Positions 19,955-31,699 of a stretch of 64,000 nucleotides of DNA are shown piece after piece. Position 1 is the first letter of the stretch, and the number at the start of each line of letters is the position of its first letter. Source of the DNA: an uncultured Alphaproteobacteria bacterium (lineage in GTDB: Bacteria > Pseudomonadota > Alphaproteobacteria > RF32 > CAG-239); assembly GCA_944391435.1 (NCBI GenBank), contig CALXTP010000004.1:2303-66302 (forward strand), read 5' to 3'. The notes beneath the pieces are model-generated. The model was not told the origin of the DNA and searched no databases. It saw only the letters and a program-made list of their open reading frames with translations. Both the position numbers and the translations under genes were made by a program.

Positions 19955-20968
19955 CTAAACCAAAAAAGGGATTGACGTACCGTCGTCCGCAGATATTTTT
20001 GTGCCGTCAGGCAAACAAAAAAATCCCGTCGCATTAACCGACACATGCAGCCAGCCGTTTGATACCTGCCTGACAACTACATGCCCGCCGACAACAGTAT
20101 CTCCGAACAGCAAAGACGAAGAAACCTGCCCGGTGTCGCATGAGCGCAAGCTTCGGACATCCGAATAAAGCAGCGTCCCTTCCGGCGAATAAAGCAGCCA
20201 TCGGTCTTTCGTTTTGCAAAGGTAAAATCCGTTGGCAAACATTGCCACACCCGAAACAGCCTCCTGTTTAAGCTGTAAATCAGCATCATACACGTTAGCC
20301 ACACCGCCGGAAACATCTTCAGCCAAAAACAAATCAGGCTCGTTAACAACCGGACGCCATTTATTATCCGACAGCAAAAACCAGCCGCCGGGCAATGGCG
20401 CAAAATATTTTCCGTAATCAACCCGTTTGACCGTTTCGCCGGTCTCTGCCGCTTTCAGCTGCAACTCGGTTTTTCCGTCGCATGTCAGGGCAAACACCAC
20501 ACCGGCAGCATCCTTTCCGTTAAAGATTTTGACTTCGTCAACATCAAAACAGGCAAAAGTCTGGTTTTGAAACTGATTTTTTGCAAAGTGGATAACCTGC
20601 CACCGCTTGGTTTCAGACTGCAACGCGACAAAATCATCGCCTAAAACTTCCGCCTGCATTGCCGGCATTGTCATACCGGAAATTTCCAATCGCCAACAAA
20701 ACTTATCTGCCGACGAAACAGGAATCTGCTTCAAAACAGAGCCGTTCAAAAAGACATAAACATCATTAAGATGCTTTTCCGCCAGCCGGCCGGCATTGTC
20801 ATATAATACAACGCCGTCCTCATTCAGCAGCGCAAAACTGCCGTTGCTGAACTTTTGGGCACCCAGGCAGACGCCATAGGTTCTCAAATTTTTTTTGCAA
20901 ACAACCAGCCTTGGTTTTGCAAATTTTTTAACAAACTTGGATTCCATAATCATAACAAACATAAACAT
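19955..20968 (-). CDS. Hypothetical repeat protein (KxW / GGWFLL-type repeats)
   Basis: 337-aa ORF with internal repeats (KDRWLLYSPEG, NKWRPVVNEPD, KRWQVIHFAKNQF). Confidence 0.45.
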   Translation of the reverse strand: MFMFVMIMESKFVKKFAKPRLVVCKKNLRTYGVCLGAQKFSNGSFALLNEDGVVLYDNAGRLAEKHLNDVYVFLNGSVLKQIPVSSADKFCWRLEISGMTMPAMQAEVLGDDFVALQSETKRWQVIHFAKNQFQNQTFACFDVDEVKIFNGKDAAGVVFALTCDGKTELQLKAAETGETVKRVDYGKYFAPLPGGWFLLSDNKWRPVVNEPDLFLAEDVSGGVANVYDADLQLKQEAVSGVAMFANGFYLCKTKDRWLLYSPEGTLLYSDVRSLRSCDTGQVSSSLLFGDTVVGGHVVVRQVSNGWLHVSVNATGFFCLPDGTKISADDGTSIPFLV

Positions 20969-21125
20969 AAAAAAACGACGTCAGTATAAGCCAAAGTTTA
21001 TGCTTGTCAACCGGTTTATCGCTTCAAAAAAAATAAATACGGCTTATATGATTACCGGCTCACCGGGTTTAAGCTCATAAAAAAACGCCCGACCGACCAT
21101 GTTTTAAAAAGCAAGGAGAAACATC

Positions 21126-21386
21126 ATGGGAAAAATCATCCGTTACATTATTTATTTTTTGCTTATCATCGCAGCATTCGTTTTAATTCGCGGCATATTT
21201 ACCGGCAGCATTAACAGCAACACAACCATCGGCCAGGCCGCAACTGACGTTCGGGAGGGCAGTATGCAAACTTTGGAAAATATGAAAAACAGCGCTTCTT
21301 CCGCCGTCAACAAATTAACCGGGCATGAACCGGCGGCACAATCGGGCAATCTTCCATCATCAGCTATTTCCAATACCCAAAATTAG
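21126..21386 (+). CDS. Small membrane protein, hypothetical
   Basis: One TM helix. AAGGAG RBS. Confidence 0.4.
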   Translation: MGKIIRYIIYFLLIIAAFVLIRGIFTGSINSNTTIGQAATDVREGSMQTLENMKNSASSAVNKLTGHEPAAQSGNLPSSAISNTQN

Positions 21387-21694
21387 CCCTCCTCAACACT
21401 CTGAGCAACCGGCAATAAATTCCGCTTTCCGGCACCTCCCTAAGCTATATTGATATTACCGGGACATAGCGATTCGCTTTTCGCTGCCGTATAAAGCAAC
21501 CATTTCACTCGCAAACGCGCCGCCACACATAAATACGGCCGCAAAAATTCACCCCTTTGCCGGCAAAAAAATTCAACATCTTCACTTAATCTCTCTTGCG
21601 GCAACAGGAACAACATCTCCTTGCATAACTTTACCCGCGCCCTCAAAGAACAGTGGCCTGGAGCAACAATTCCATCTGCAATTTCCGCAGGCAA

Positions 21695-21722
21695 CAAAAA
21701 AGGGGCGACAACATCGCCCCAT
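21695..21722 (-). terminator. Rho-independent terminator of rplQ
   Basis: Minus-strand hairpin ggggcgatgttgtcgcccc followed by T6. Confidence 0.6.
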
Positions 21723-21746
21723 AACTTTCTTTGCTGTTCAGCGCAA

Positions 21747-22199
21747 TCAGGCAGCAGCCGTTTCCGTATCGTTCGCGGCAGCTTCAGCTGCGGCTTTTTC
21801 AGCCTTAACGCGTTCAATATCCTTTGCACCTTTGGCATTAACATCTCTGTCAACCAATTCAATAATAGCCATCGGCGCACAATCGCCATATCTGTAACCG
21901 GCTTTCAAAACGCGGGTATAGCCGCCCTGGCGTTCTTTATAACGCTCGGCCAAAACAGAAAAAAGCTTTGCGACAACTTCATTGTCACGCAAGAAAGACA
22001 AAGCCAGACGGCGGGAATTTAAATCGCCCTTTTTGGCATAAGTAATCATGCTCTCGGCAAAAGTTCTTAATTCTTTGGCTCTCGGAAGGGTAATCGTAAT
22101 CTGTTCATGCGTAAACAAAGCATTCGTCAAATTAGCAAACAAAGCCCTGCGTTGGCTCTTCGGCATATTAAACCGTCTGTGTGCATCACCATGTCTCAT
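21747..22199 (-). CDS. rplQ: 50S ribosomal protein L17
   Basis: [45 protein letters not shown] matches the L17 N-terminus. It has an Ala/Glu-rich C-terminal extension. The start is taken at Met 22199. Confidence 0.85.
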   Translation of the reverse strand: MRHGDAHRRFNMPKSQRRALFANLTNALFTHEQITITLPRAKELRTFAESMITYAKKGDLNSRRLALSFLRDNEVVAKLFSVLAERYKERQGGYTRVLKAGYRYGDCAPMAIIELVDRDVNAKGAKDIERVKAEKAAAEAAANDTETAAA

Positions 22200-22494
22200 T
22201 TTAAGTTTCCTTTCTTTTTTCTGTGCCCCGGAACCCGGAGCGGATAAAAACACTCCCGCACCACCTTCATGTATGCGGAAAACCTTTGAGAAAACACTTG
22301 CAGACAACAATTTTAAGACTTATGTCCTTCAACAACCCTAAAACTTATGTCTTTCAATTTTGCCGTAAAAAAAGCAGGCAAGATTCCGATTCTCTCAAAA
22401 TCTTGTCCGCTTATACCCTATTATTTCTGATTTGTAAAGCTTTTTCTTTATACATTCCCAAAATTCGGATACAGGCGCAAAACCTTAGCATTTT

Positions 22495-22995
22495 TTAAAA
22501 ACGTACTCTATTTTCAAGTGCCTTTTCAAATATAGACACGGTAATTTGTTGACCGCTGCCGCCATAAGCCGCCGCGCCGCCGTGCCCGTCCCCTTGAAAA
22601 GCTTTTTTCTGAAGTTCCTCTTTCCCGGCTTCTGCCATCTCCGGAAGCTGGCCGCTAAACCCGCCGCTAAGTTCAAATCTGCTGCTGCCGGCCATATAAT
22701 TAAGCCTCTCGCCGTCAGATTTCAGAATAGCCCTTACATCTTTAAATCTATCTACATCGTACCCGGCAAAAACTCTTTCAACGGCATTCTTCATACTTGC
22801 ACATTGAGCTTTTAAGGCTGCTCTCAATTCTGTATGAAACAACGCTGCCGCGTCTGGCCCGCCTGCCATCTGCGGAGCTTCTTGCCTTCTGGCAACACTT
22901 TCCCCGACACGAACGGTTTCCTGCCTCTGCACTTTGCCGGGCGCAGCCAGTGCCGCTCCCATCATAGCCACCGTTTCCGCATTAACCACACTCAT
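22495..22995 (-). CDS. Hypothetical protein
   Basis: 166-aa ORF, G/A-rich. It sits directly upstream of rplQ, where rpoA is normally found. Confidence 0.4.
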   Translation of the reverse strand: MSVVNAETVAMMGAALAAPGKVQRQETVRVGESVARRQEAPQMAGGPDAAALFHTELRAALKAQCASMKNAVERVFAGYDVDRFKDVRAILKSDGERLNYMAGSSRFELSGGFSGQLPEMAEAGKEELQKKAFQGDGHGGAAAYGGSGQQITVSIFEKALENRVRF

Positions 22996-23061
22996 CGCTT
23001 ATCTCCCCGGTATTTCAAGTATTCTAATTATCATACTATAATTATTTGCCGACTGCAACAA

Positions 23062-24495
23062 TTATTTGCCGCCGCAAAGTTTTTTCCACTCTACCTGCTT
23101 ATGGCGGTACATTTCGGCATTATCGCCTTTCAGCGCCTGAAATTTGCGTGCAATGGTATATTGCGGCAGCAATTTTTTAATTTCCGCAACATCTCTTCCC
23201 CATTGCCCGGGACGGATTCGTATTTTCTTTCCCTGGCCGGCAGAAACCTTTACCATCGCCTCGCCTGTTTCTGCATCTTCAAATTCATTAAGTGCCAGCC
23301 TCAGATTATCCAACCCGCCCGGCAACAAAAATTCTATAAACTCGCCGCCGTTGATATAATTGCGTAACTCAAAAATGGCCTCATCGCCCTGCCACTCCAC
23401 AATAGAGCCGGCAAACAGCCATTCGCCGAGCGTCCGCGTATATTCGTAGTTCTGGCTGATATTCGTTAGTTTCCCGTCATGAAAGCCAAGGCAATAGCCG
23501 CGATTCTGCAAAGTCATCAGTTCAGGCATATACTTATCGCCGTTCCACACCTCCGGGTCGGCATAATAATCATCAATGGCCTGACGGTATGCACGCGCCA
23601 CCACGCCGGCATAATACTCCGTTTTGTTGCGCCCTTCCACTTTCAACGAATCCATTCCTATGCGCAGCAAATCATTCAACCTCGGCATCAGACACATATC
23701 CTTGGAATTAAGCAGATAGCTGCCATGTTCGTCTTCTACCACTTCATAATACTCGCCCGGGCGAAAGTCCTCTTCCAGCAGATATTCAAAATTATTTTTG
23801 TTTTCATCGTTTATTACCAGCTCGCGCACGGTACCGTCCTTCATTCTCAAATGCAGCTTATAATGCCAGCGGCAGCAATGCGCACACTTGCCCTTGTTGG
23901 CACTGCGGTCGGCCAAAAAGTTGGAAATCAGGCACCGGCCGGAATAAGACATACACATCGCTCCGTGTACAAAACACTCCAAAGCAACATCCGGGCAGCG
24001 GCGGCGGATTTCTTCCATCTCGTTAAAAGTAACTTCCCTTCCGAGAACGCAAAGTTTCGCCCCCAGGGATTGCCAAAACTTCACGGTCAAGGCCGAACAA
24101 ATATTAGCCTGGGTAGATACAAAGCGGTTTAATTCCGGTGCATTTTCTTTTAAATAATAAAAAACGCCCGGGTCGGCAACCAAAACGCCGTCCGGCCCGA
24201 GTTCCCTCAGCGTCCGGACAAACTGCGGCAGCTTGTCGGCCTCTTCGTTGTGCACATAAAGATTAAGCGTCAGATAAATTTTTTTCCCCTTGCGATGTAC
24301 CAGCTCAATCCCTTCTGCCAATTCATCCAGCGAATATTGCGATTGTGTCCTGAGGCTCATATCGGGTGTTCCGGCATACACGGCATCTGCCCCATACAAC
24401 AAAGCCGTTTTAAGCTTAACCGGCGAGCCGGCCGGCAGCAGCAATTCTGATTTATGTTCGGCCTTTTTTAATTCCATTGCTTTATTCTCCGTCAT
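23062..24495 (-). CDS. Peptidase U32 family protein (RlhA/YegQ-like)
   Basis: N-terminal U32 core (LLLPAGSP...GADAVY...E..H) and the Cys cluster CAHCCRWHY. Confidence 0.8.
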   Translation of the reverse strand: MTENKAMELKKAEHKSELLLPAGSPVKLKTALLYGADAVYAGTPDMSLRTQSQYSLDELAEGIELVHRKGKKIYLTLNLYVHNEEADKLPQFVRTLRELGPDGVLVADPGVFYYLKENAPELNRFVSTQANICSALTVKFWQSLGAKLCVLGREVTFNEMEEIRRRCPDVALECFVHGAMCMSYSGRCLISNFLADRSANKGKCAHCCRWHYKLHLRMKDGTVRELVINDENKNNFEYLLEEDFRPGEYYEVVEDEHGSYLLNSKDMCLMPRLNDLLRIGMDSLKVEGRNKTEYYAGVVARAYRQAIDDYYADPEVWNGDKYMPELMTLQNRGYCLGFHDGKLTNISQNYEYTRTLGEWLFAGSIVEWQGDEAIFELRNYINGGEFIEFLLPGGLDNLRLALNEFEDAETGEAMVKVSAGQGKKIRIRPGQWGRDVAEIKKLLPQYTIARKFQALKGDNAEMYRHKQVEWKKLCGGK

Positions 24496-24556
24496 TTATT
24501 TAATCCTTTTTTCAGCAGCGCCAACACACACATTGCCATAATTATAATACCGCCCG

Positions 24557-25405
24557 CTATATCCGGACAAGGCTTTTCGGCCTGACGGTCAAACTGCCGA
24601 GTGGCGTCGTATCTATTTTTATTTCCAAAACATATGGGACGCCTGTTTCCTGTTGTACGCCTATCCACATAAAAATCGGGCGCTCAGCGCTGACATCCCA
24701 TAAGATATTATCATTGTTTTCTTTCAAATTTTCTATATAAAACGAACATTTATACGAGTTTTCCGTCCGCCGCAGCCAGTCAAAATAGCGATTGTCCGTC
24801 CCTTCATCAGCCAGGACGACCCGATAATGTTTTTTGCCGTCATAAATTTCCCGCCGCATATTGCAGCTTCGGCTTTTCTCAAACTGTTGCAAAAGTTCGG
24901 CAAACACTGCCTGCAAATCGGCCGCATCGGCGCTGGCGGGCACATCGCGTATCGGCACGGTATTCTTTTTGGCATCTTTGGTAGAAATACGCTGATAGGC
25001 AACACCGTTGCCGTCATAAAAAATCCGTTTGGTACGGATATGGCTGCGGGATTGCGTATACGTCTGATAAATTTCGGGCAAAATTCCCCTGCCTCTGCCG
25101 TCAGCGTCGCCTTTTTTGCCGCGGCTCTCATAACGGCCGATAAAAGGATAAAGCGTCTGAAACAGGTTGGCCGTCTGCACCTCTGCACTGATAACATAAC
25201 GTCCGCCGGCCTGTTCATCATACTGCAAAACAACGTCCGCCGCGTCAAACAAGCCGATTTCAACATCCATCTCCTGTCTAAAGCCGCCGGCTTGCGCCGT
25301 TTCGCAGCACAAAGCCAGCAACACCGCCGATAAAACTCTTTTCAAGCCCAAAATTTTAACCTTTCTTAATTTTTTTCTTTTAAATTCAAAACAGCAGCAA
25401 CCCAT
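24557..25405 (-). CDS. Hypothetical secreted protein
   Basis: Signal-peptide-like LKRVLSAVLLALCCETAQA. The start codon is uncertain and may be non-ATG. Confidence 0.4.
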   Translation of the reverse strand: MGCCCFEFKRKKLRKVKILGLKRVLSAVLLALCCETAQAGGFRQEMDVEIGLFDAADVVLQYDEQAGGRYVISAEVQTANLFQTLYPFIGRYESRGKKGDADGRGRGILPEIYQTYTQSRSHIRTKRIFYDGNGVAYQRISTKDAKKNTVPIRDVPASADAADLQAVFAELLQQFEKSRSCNMRREIYDGKKHYRVVLADEGTDNRYFDWLRRTENSYKCSFYIENLKENNDNILWDVSAERPIFMWIGVQQETGVPYVLEIKIDTTPLGSLTVRPKSLVRI

Positions 25406-25508
25406 CGTGTTTTATAAAACATCTGGTTTATTTGTAAAGAAAATTTCAACGCACGCCGGCAAAAAAGCTGCGGGCTGGCCATGCCGAAACAAAGCCAAAG
25501 GAGCAAAA

Positions 25509-26417
25509 ATGGCACAAAACATCATGGTAATTATGGGCGGATTTTCTTCTGAAAGGGAAGTCAGTCTGCAAAGCGGCCAAAACGTCGCCGCCGCCCTGCG
25601 CCGCAAAGGATATACCGTCACCACCCACGACCTGACAGATTCGCATAAACTGATATCGGCTTTAACCCGCCGCAAACCCGACGTCGTTTTCAACGCGCTT
25701 CACGGCAACTGGGGCGAAGACGGAACCATACCCGCCCTGTTGGATTTGTTACAAATTCCTTACACGCATTCGGGGGTGGCTGCCTCCGGAATCGGTATGA
25801 ACAAATACCTGACCAAACTCATTGCCAAAGACGCCGGCATCAAAACCGCTTTCGGTCGCAAGATGACGGCTCGTGAATTCAGCACCATCGGTGCCACGCT
25901 GGCTCGTCCGTATGTCGTCAAACCGGTCTCAGACGGCTCATCGGTCGGCGTTTTCATCGTAAAAGAACAGGAGGACATCTTCCAAATCCGGTATGACATC
26001 CCCGAAACCGAACTTTTGGTTGAAAGATATATTCCCGGCCGGGAACTGACGGTTATGTGTCTGGAGGGAAAAGCAGGCGTCGTAACCGAAATGTGCCCCA
26101 GAGACGATTTTTACGATTACAAACACAAATACACTGCCGGTCAAACATTACATATCCTGCCGGCAGATATTCCGGCAGATGTTGCAAAAACTTGCCTGTC
26201 CTGTGCCGAAACCATGCACAATAAATTAGGCTGCAAAACGATTTCGCGTTCAGACTTTCGTTATAACCCGGAAGATGGCGTTGTCTTTTTGGAAATTAAC
26301 ACCCACCCCGGCATGACTGCATTGTCTCTCGTTCCCGAACAGGCAAAATACCTGGGCATTTCCTATGAAGATTTATGCGCAAAACTGGTAGAGGACGCCT
26401 CATGCCGAAAGATGTAG
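25509..26417 (+). CDS. ddl: D-alanine--D-alanine ligase
   Basis: ATP-grasp Ddl motifs (IMVIMGGFSSEREVSLQSG...ALHGNWGEDGT...). A GGAG RBS lies before the ATG at 25509. Confidence 0.9.
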   Translation: MAQNIMVIMGGFSSEREVSLQSGQNVAAALRRKGYTVTTHDLTDSHKLISALTRRKPDVVFNALHGNWGEDGTIPALLDLLQIPYTHSGVAASGIGMNKYLTKLIAKDAGIKTAFGRKMTAREFSTIGATLARPYVVKPVSDGSSVGVFIVKEQEDIFQIRYDIPETELLVERYIPGRELTVMCLEGKAGVVTEMCPRDDFYDYKHKYTAGQTLHILPADIPADVAKTCLSCAETMHNKLGCKTISRSDFRYNPEDGVVFLEINTHPGMTALSLVPEQAKYLGISYEDLCAKLVEDASCRKM

Positions 26418-27364
26418 CCAACATTCCGATAATCGTCATTGCCGGTCCCACCGCCTCCGGAAAATCCGGATTGGCACTTGCCTTGGCCGAATGCCTCGGC
26501 GGAACCGTCATCAATGCCGATTCCATGCAAATATACAAAGACATCCCTGTTTTAGCCGCCACGCCTTCTCCGGAAGATAAAAAACGCGTTCCCCACCGCC
26601 TGTATGAAATATATGATGCTTCCGTCCGCGGCAACGTGGTTGACTGGTTTGCATTGTGCCGGGAAGAAATAAAGCTAGCCCGCAACGCCGAAAGGTTTCC
26701 GATAGTCGTCGGCGGCACCGGCTTCTATCTGGAAACGCTGACCAAAGGCGTTACCCCCATACCGGAAACGCCGGAAGACATTCGCCTTGAGGTAGAACAT
26801 CTCTGCCAAACCAAAGGGTTGCCGGAATTATATAATATTCTGCAACAAACGGATCCGCAAACGGCCGCCCGTCTCAGTCCCAACGACACGACGCGCATCC
26901 GGCGTGCCGTAGAAATTTGGAAACACACCGGGCACCCCCTGTCCTACTGGCACAGCCGGCCGTTAAATGCCGGCTATCGTCCCGACGAATTCATTTGCAT
27001 TCAAATAAAGCCCGAACGCAGCGATTTATATACCCGCATCGGCATCCGTTTTGATTCCATGCTGGCAGAAGGTGCCGTAAACGAAGTGCAAAAGCTGGTA
27101 GCCCGCGGGCTGTCCGATTCGCTTCCGGCAATGCGCGCGCTCGGCGTACAGGAGTTAAAATCGTATCTGGCAGGCCTTTGCAGCCTGGAAGAAGCAGCCG
27201 ACACGGCTAAAATGCACACCCGCCAGTATGCCAAACGCCAAATGACCTGGTTTAACAACCGGTTCAAAGCAGATTTTACCTTTGCCGGATGTTATGGCGG
27301 CAATAATCCGCCCGCCTGCAGTTTCGTCAACGAACTTGTTGATAATTTGCAAAAAAGGGCATAA
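26402..27364 (+). CDS. miaA: tRNA dimethylallyltransferase
   Basis: P-loop IVIAGPTASGKS and INADSMQIYKD...PH. It overlaps the end of ddl. Confidence 0.9.
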   Translation: MPKDVANIPIIVIAGPTASGKSGLALALAECLGGTVINADSMQIYKDIPVLAATPSPEDKKRVPHRLYEIYDASVRGNVVDWFALCREEIKLARNAERFPIVVGGTGFYLETLTKGVTPIPETPEDIRLEVEHLCQTKGLPELYNILQQTDPQTAARLSPNDTTRIRRAVEIWKHTGHPLSYWHSRPLNAGYRPDEFICIQIKPERSDLYTRIGIRFDSMLAEGAVNEVQKLVARGLSDSLPAMRALGVQELKSYLAGLCSLEEAADTAKMHTRQYAKRQMTWFNNRFKADFTFAGCYGGNNPPACSFVNELVDNLQKRA

Positions 27365-27415
27365 ACTGCTTGCAAAATTATCGCTTTATCCTTAAAAGAT
27401 AAAGAAAATATATAA

Positions 27416-28471
<1,056 letters not shown>

Positions 28472-28499
28472 AGGCACACGGCAGCATTAAGGAAGCAAT

Positions 28500-29363
28500 A
28501 TGAAACGCCAAAAAGTACTGTTCCTGAAAGAAAACTATGTCTTACGGATACTAAAGAACTTTATGGTGGCAGGGCTGTTTGCAATAGCCCTGCTCTTGAT
28601 TTTAGTGCACAAAATAGACTTGGGGCTTATTTCCGGTGTTTCCAAAGGTGTTTTTTATATAACGGCACCGCTCATCCGCGTCGCGGCATTGCCTGCCGAT
28701 GCCATAAGTTTCGGCTATAAAAAGGCTGCAGAAATCGTCAACATTTATCAGGAAAACGAAAAACTGCGGCAGGAAAATCAGGAATTGTTTCTTCTGAAAG
28801 ATAAAATAAGAGCCGTACGCGCCGAAAATAAAATCTTGAAAAAGCTGCTCCATCATATAGACCTGCCCCAGGAAAAGAGCTACACGGCGCGTGTTATCGC
28901 CGAAAACGGCAGTGCCTTCACCAATTCGTTGATAATTTATTTAGGCGAGGCTGCTCCCGAAATCAAAAGCGGATATGCCGTCGTAAACGAACAAGGGCTG
29001 GTCGGGCGCATAGACATGGTCAGCGGTGCTTATGCCCGTGTCACGCTCATTACCGATATCAACTCCAAAATTCCCGTCGTATCACAAAAAAGCCGTGACC
29101 GTGGCATTTTAACCGGACATAACACCCGCGAACTGTCCCTGATTTTCACACCTTTGCTGGCAGAATTACACAAAGGCGACCTATTGGTTACTTCGGGCAT
29201 CGGCGGAGGCCTTCCCGCGGATATTCCGGTAGCCCGCATCACGCGCGCCGGAGTGGAAAATATAACGGCAGCCCCGTTATTTTCAGCTTCTTCGCTGGAA
29301 ATAGTCAAAATCATCGTATATGATATTCTGCCGGACAACGCAACGACCGGGGAGCTGGAGTAA
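28500..29363 (+). CDS. mreC: Rod shape-determining protein MreC
   Basis: N-terminal TM, a coiled coil, then a beta-rich domain. Placement is mreB-mreC-mreD. Confidence 0.8.
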   Translation: MKRQKVLFLKENYVLRILKNFMVAGLFAIALLLILVHKIDLGLISGVSKGVFYITAPLIRVAALPADAISFGYKKAAEIVNIYQENEKLRQENQELFLLKDKIRAVRAENKILKKLLHHIDLPQEKSYTARVIAENGSAFTNSLIIYLGEAAPEIKSGYAVVNEQGLVGRIDMVSGAYARVTLITDINSKIPVVSQKSRDRGILTGHNTRELSLIFTPLLAELHKGDLLVTSGIGGGLPADIPVARITRAGVENITAAPLFSASSLEIVKIIVYDILPDNATTGELE

Positions 29364-29893
29364 TGACCGCTCTAAAAAATTTCCTAACCAATCTCAGCGT
29401 TTTTATCATCCCGCTTTTGAGCATTCTTGTCATGGTGCTCATTTTTTACATTCCCCGCTACTCGGAATTTTGGAATTTGCTGCGCAGTGTCCCCTTTTAT
29501 ACGGGAATTTACTTTTGGATAAGCCAGCGTCCGGACGCCTTCAACAGTGTTTCCGCCTTTGTTCTGGGCACTTTCGCCGACATAACTGCCGGCACGCCGC
29601 TGGGTGTAGGCATTATCACATTTTTGGTCCTGTATTTTTGCAGCTTGCACTTGTCCGCTTATTTTAACGTCAAAAAATTTGCATACTCATGGCTTTTGTT
29701 TATATTGCTCGCCGGAATCACACTGTTGTTCAAAGGCCTGCTGGTATGCGCATTCTACCGCTCGCTTATTCCTTTAAAACCGCTTGTATTTGAATTTTTG
29801 CTGGTTTCCGCCCTTTATCCTCTGCTGGCCCGTTTTTATATCTGGACGGAACGCCGTTTCATCCATCTGGAGGAACGTTATGAAAAAATCTAA
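29363..29893 (+). CDS. mreD: Rod shape-determining protein MreD
   Basis: Small polytopic membrane protein downstream of mreC. ATGA overlap with mreC. Confidence 0.7.
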   Translation: MTALKNFLTNLSVFIIPLLSILVMVLIFYIPRYSEFWNLLRSVPFYTGIYFWISQRPDAFNSVSAFVLGTFADITAGTPLGVGIITFLVLYFCSLHLSAYFNVKKFAYSWLLFILLAGITLLFKGLLVCAFYRSLIPLKPLVFEFLLVSALYPLLARFYIWTERRFIHLEERYEKI

Positions 29894-31691
29894 CGAAAAA
29901 CTCCGGATACTGTTAAAACGCTCATTGGTTTTATTCAGTGCCAACATTTTTTTATTTTTTATCCTGGTTGGGCGCCTCTATTACTTGCAAATATACCAGG
30001 GCGAAAAGTATGCCGTTTTGGCAGACAGCAATCGCCTTTCAACCCGGCTTCTGGTACCGCCGCGCGGCAGCATCAACGACCGCAACGGCGTAGAATTGGC
30101 CACCAATATCCAAAACTTCCAGGCTTTGCTGATTGCCGAACAGACACGCGGCAGCATAGACAATCTTCTGCAGGAAATAGCACCTCTGCTTTCCCTTTCC
30201 GAAAAAGACAAAGCACGCATCAAAAAAGACATTTCCACCCATCGGCGATTTGTCCCGGTCAAAATAAAAGACAATCTGAGCTGGAACGAAGTAGCAGCCT
30301 TAATGATAAATAATTACCGCTGGCCGGGACTCATCATAGACCAGGGATTAATTCGTTACTATCCGTTCGGAAAATATACGGCACACCCGCTTGGTTACGT
30401 CGGCTCCGTCTCCGAACAAGACTTGCAGAACTCTGACGCGCCGCTGCTGCAAGTACCGGGTTTTAAAATAGGAAAATCAGGCTTTGAAAAAACTTATGAC
30501 GAAAGCCTGCGCGGCACTGAAGGCATACTGAAATACGAAGTCAATGCCTACGGGCGCATTATGCGCGAGATAGAAAAAACAGACGGCATAAAAGGCAGCG
30601 ATTTGGACCTGACCATAGACATCCGCCTGCAGAAAGCGGCTTTTGACGCTTTCGGAGACGAAGCAGGTGCCGCTGTCGTCTTGGATGTACATACCGGTGA
30701 AATCCTGGCTTTTGTCTCCACGCCCGCATTTGACCCGAATCTGTTTGTTGACGGCATCTCCCACAAAAACTGGAACAGCCTGCGCAATAACGAAAAAACG
30801 CCGTTAACCGACAAAGCCGTTTCCGGACAATACTCTCCCGGTTCAACTTTTAAGATTGTCGTCGCCCTGGCTGCCCTTGAAGCCGGTATCATTGATGAAA
30901 AGACAACCTATAACTGTACCGGAAGGATGCAGCTCGGCAATCACCTGTTCCATTGTTGGCGCCACTATGGGCACGGCAAACAAAACCTGGTAGAAGCCAT
31001 CAAAAATTCCTGCGATATTTATTTTTATGAAACGGCCCTGGAACTGGGCATTGAAAAAATAGCCGCCATGAGCCGACGCCTAGGCCTGGGGCAAGTCTAT
31101 GATTTAGGCTTGGAAAATCAAAAATCAGGCGTCATTCCGGATAAAAAATGGAAACAGGAAAAACTCAAAGCTCCCTGGCAACAGGGCGAAACGGTTATTG
31201 CCGGCATCGGCCAGGGTTATGTCCTTGTAACTCCGATACAACTGGTAACCATGCTGTCCCGCGTTGTCAACGGCGGTTATGCCGTTTCGCCGACTTTCAT
31301 AAAAAGAAAAGAGGCCGCCCCGGCCGAACCATTAGGCATATCCGAAAAAAATATCGCCTTGGTCAAACAAGGTATGTTTGAAGTCGTCAATGGCACCGGA
31401 GGCACTGCCGCCCGCGCCAAATTCAAAAATTCGGACATTAAAATCGGGGGAAAAACGGGAACAACGCAAGTACGGCGCATCAGTTTAAAAGAACGGGCCG
31501 AAGGGATAAAAAAAGATGAAGATTTGCCTTGGAAATACCGCAATCATGCTTGGTTCATGGCATACGCTCCGCACGATAACCCGCGCTACGCCGTCGCTGT
31601 CATCGTTGAACACGGGCGTTCCGGATCCGGCGTTGCAGCCCCCATTGCCTCAAAAATTTTGGAAGAAGCGATTAAATTGGATATCAGATAG
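29880..31691 (+). CDS. mrdA: Penicillin-binding protein 2 (elongasome transpeptidase)
   Basis: TM anchor, then STFK (active-site Ser), SCD and KTGT motifs. A GGAGG RBS lies before the ATG at 29880. Confidence 0.9.
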   Translation: MKKSNEKLRILLKRSLVLFSANIFLFFILVGRLYYLQIYQGEKYAVLADSNRLSTRLLVPPRGSINDRNGVELATNIQNFQALLIAEQTRGSIDNLLQEIAPLLSLSEKDKARIKKDISTHRRFVPVKIKDNLSWNEVAALMINNYRWPGLIIDQGLIRYYPFGKYTAHPLGYVGSVSEQDLQNSDAPLLQVPGFKIGKSGFEKTYDESLRGTEGILKYEVNAYGRIMREIEKTDGIKGSDLDLTIDIRLQKAAFDAFGDEAGAAVVLDVHTGEILAFVSTPAFDPNLFVDGISHKNWNSLRNNEKTPLTDKAVSGQYSPGSTFKIVVALAALEAGIIDEKTTYNCTGRMQLGNHLFHCWRHYGHGKQNLVEAIKNSCDIYFYETALELGIEKIAAMSRRLGLGQVYDLGLENQKSGVIPDKKWKQEKLKAPWQQGETVIAGIGQGYVLVTPIQLVTMLSRVVNGGYAVSPTFIKRKEAAPAEPLGISEKNIALVKQGMFEVVNGTGGTAARAKFKNSDIKIGGKTGTTQVRRISLKERAEGIKKDEDLPWKYRNHAWFMAYAPHDNPRYAVAVIVEHGRSGSGVAAPIASKILEEAIKLDIR

Positions 31692-31699
31692 GAAAGAAA

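Noticed and set aside
22495-22995. Possibility that the ORF upstream of rplQ is a degenerate rpoA
   Set aside because: Its size and composition (166 aa, G/A-rich) do not fit. No alpha-subunit NTD or CTD motifs are recognisable.
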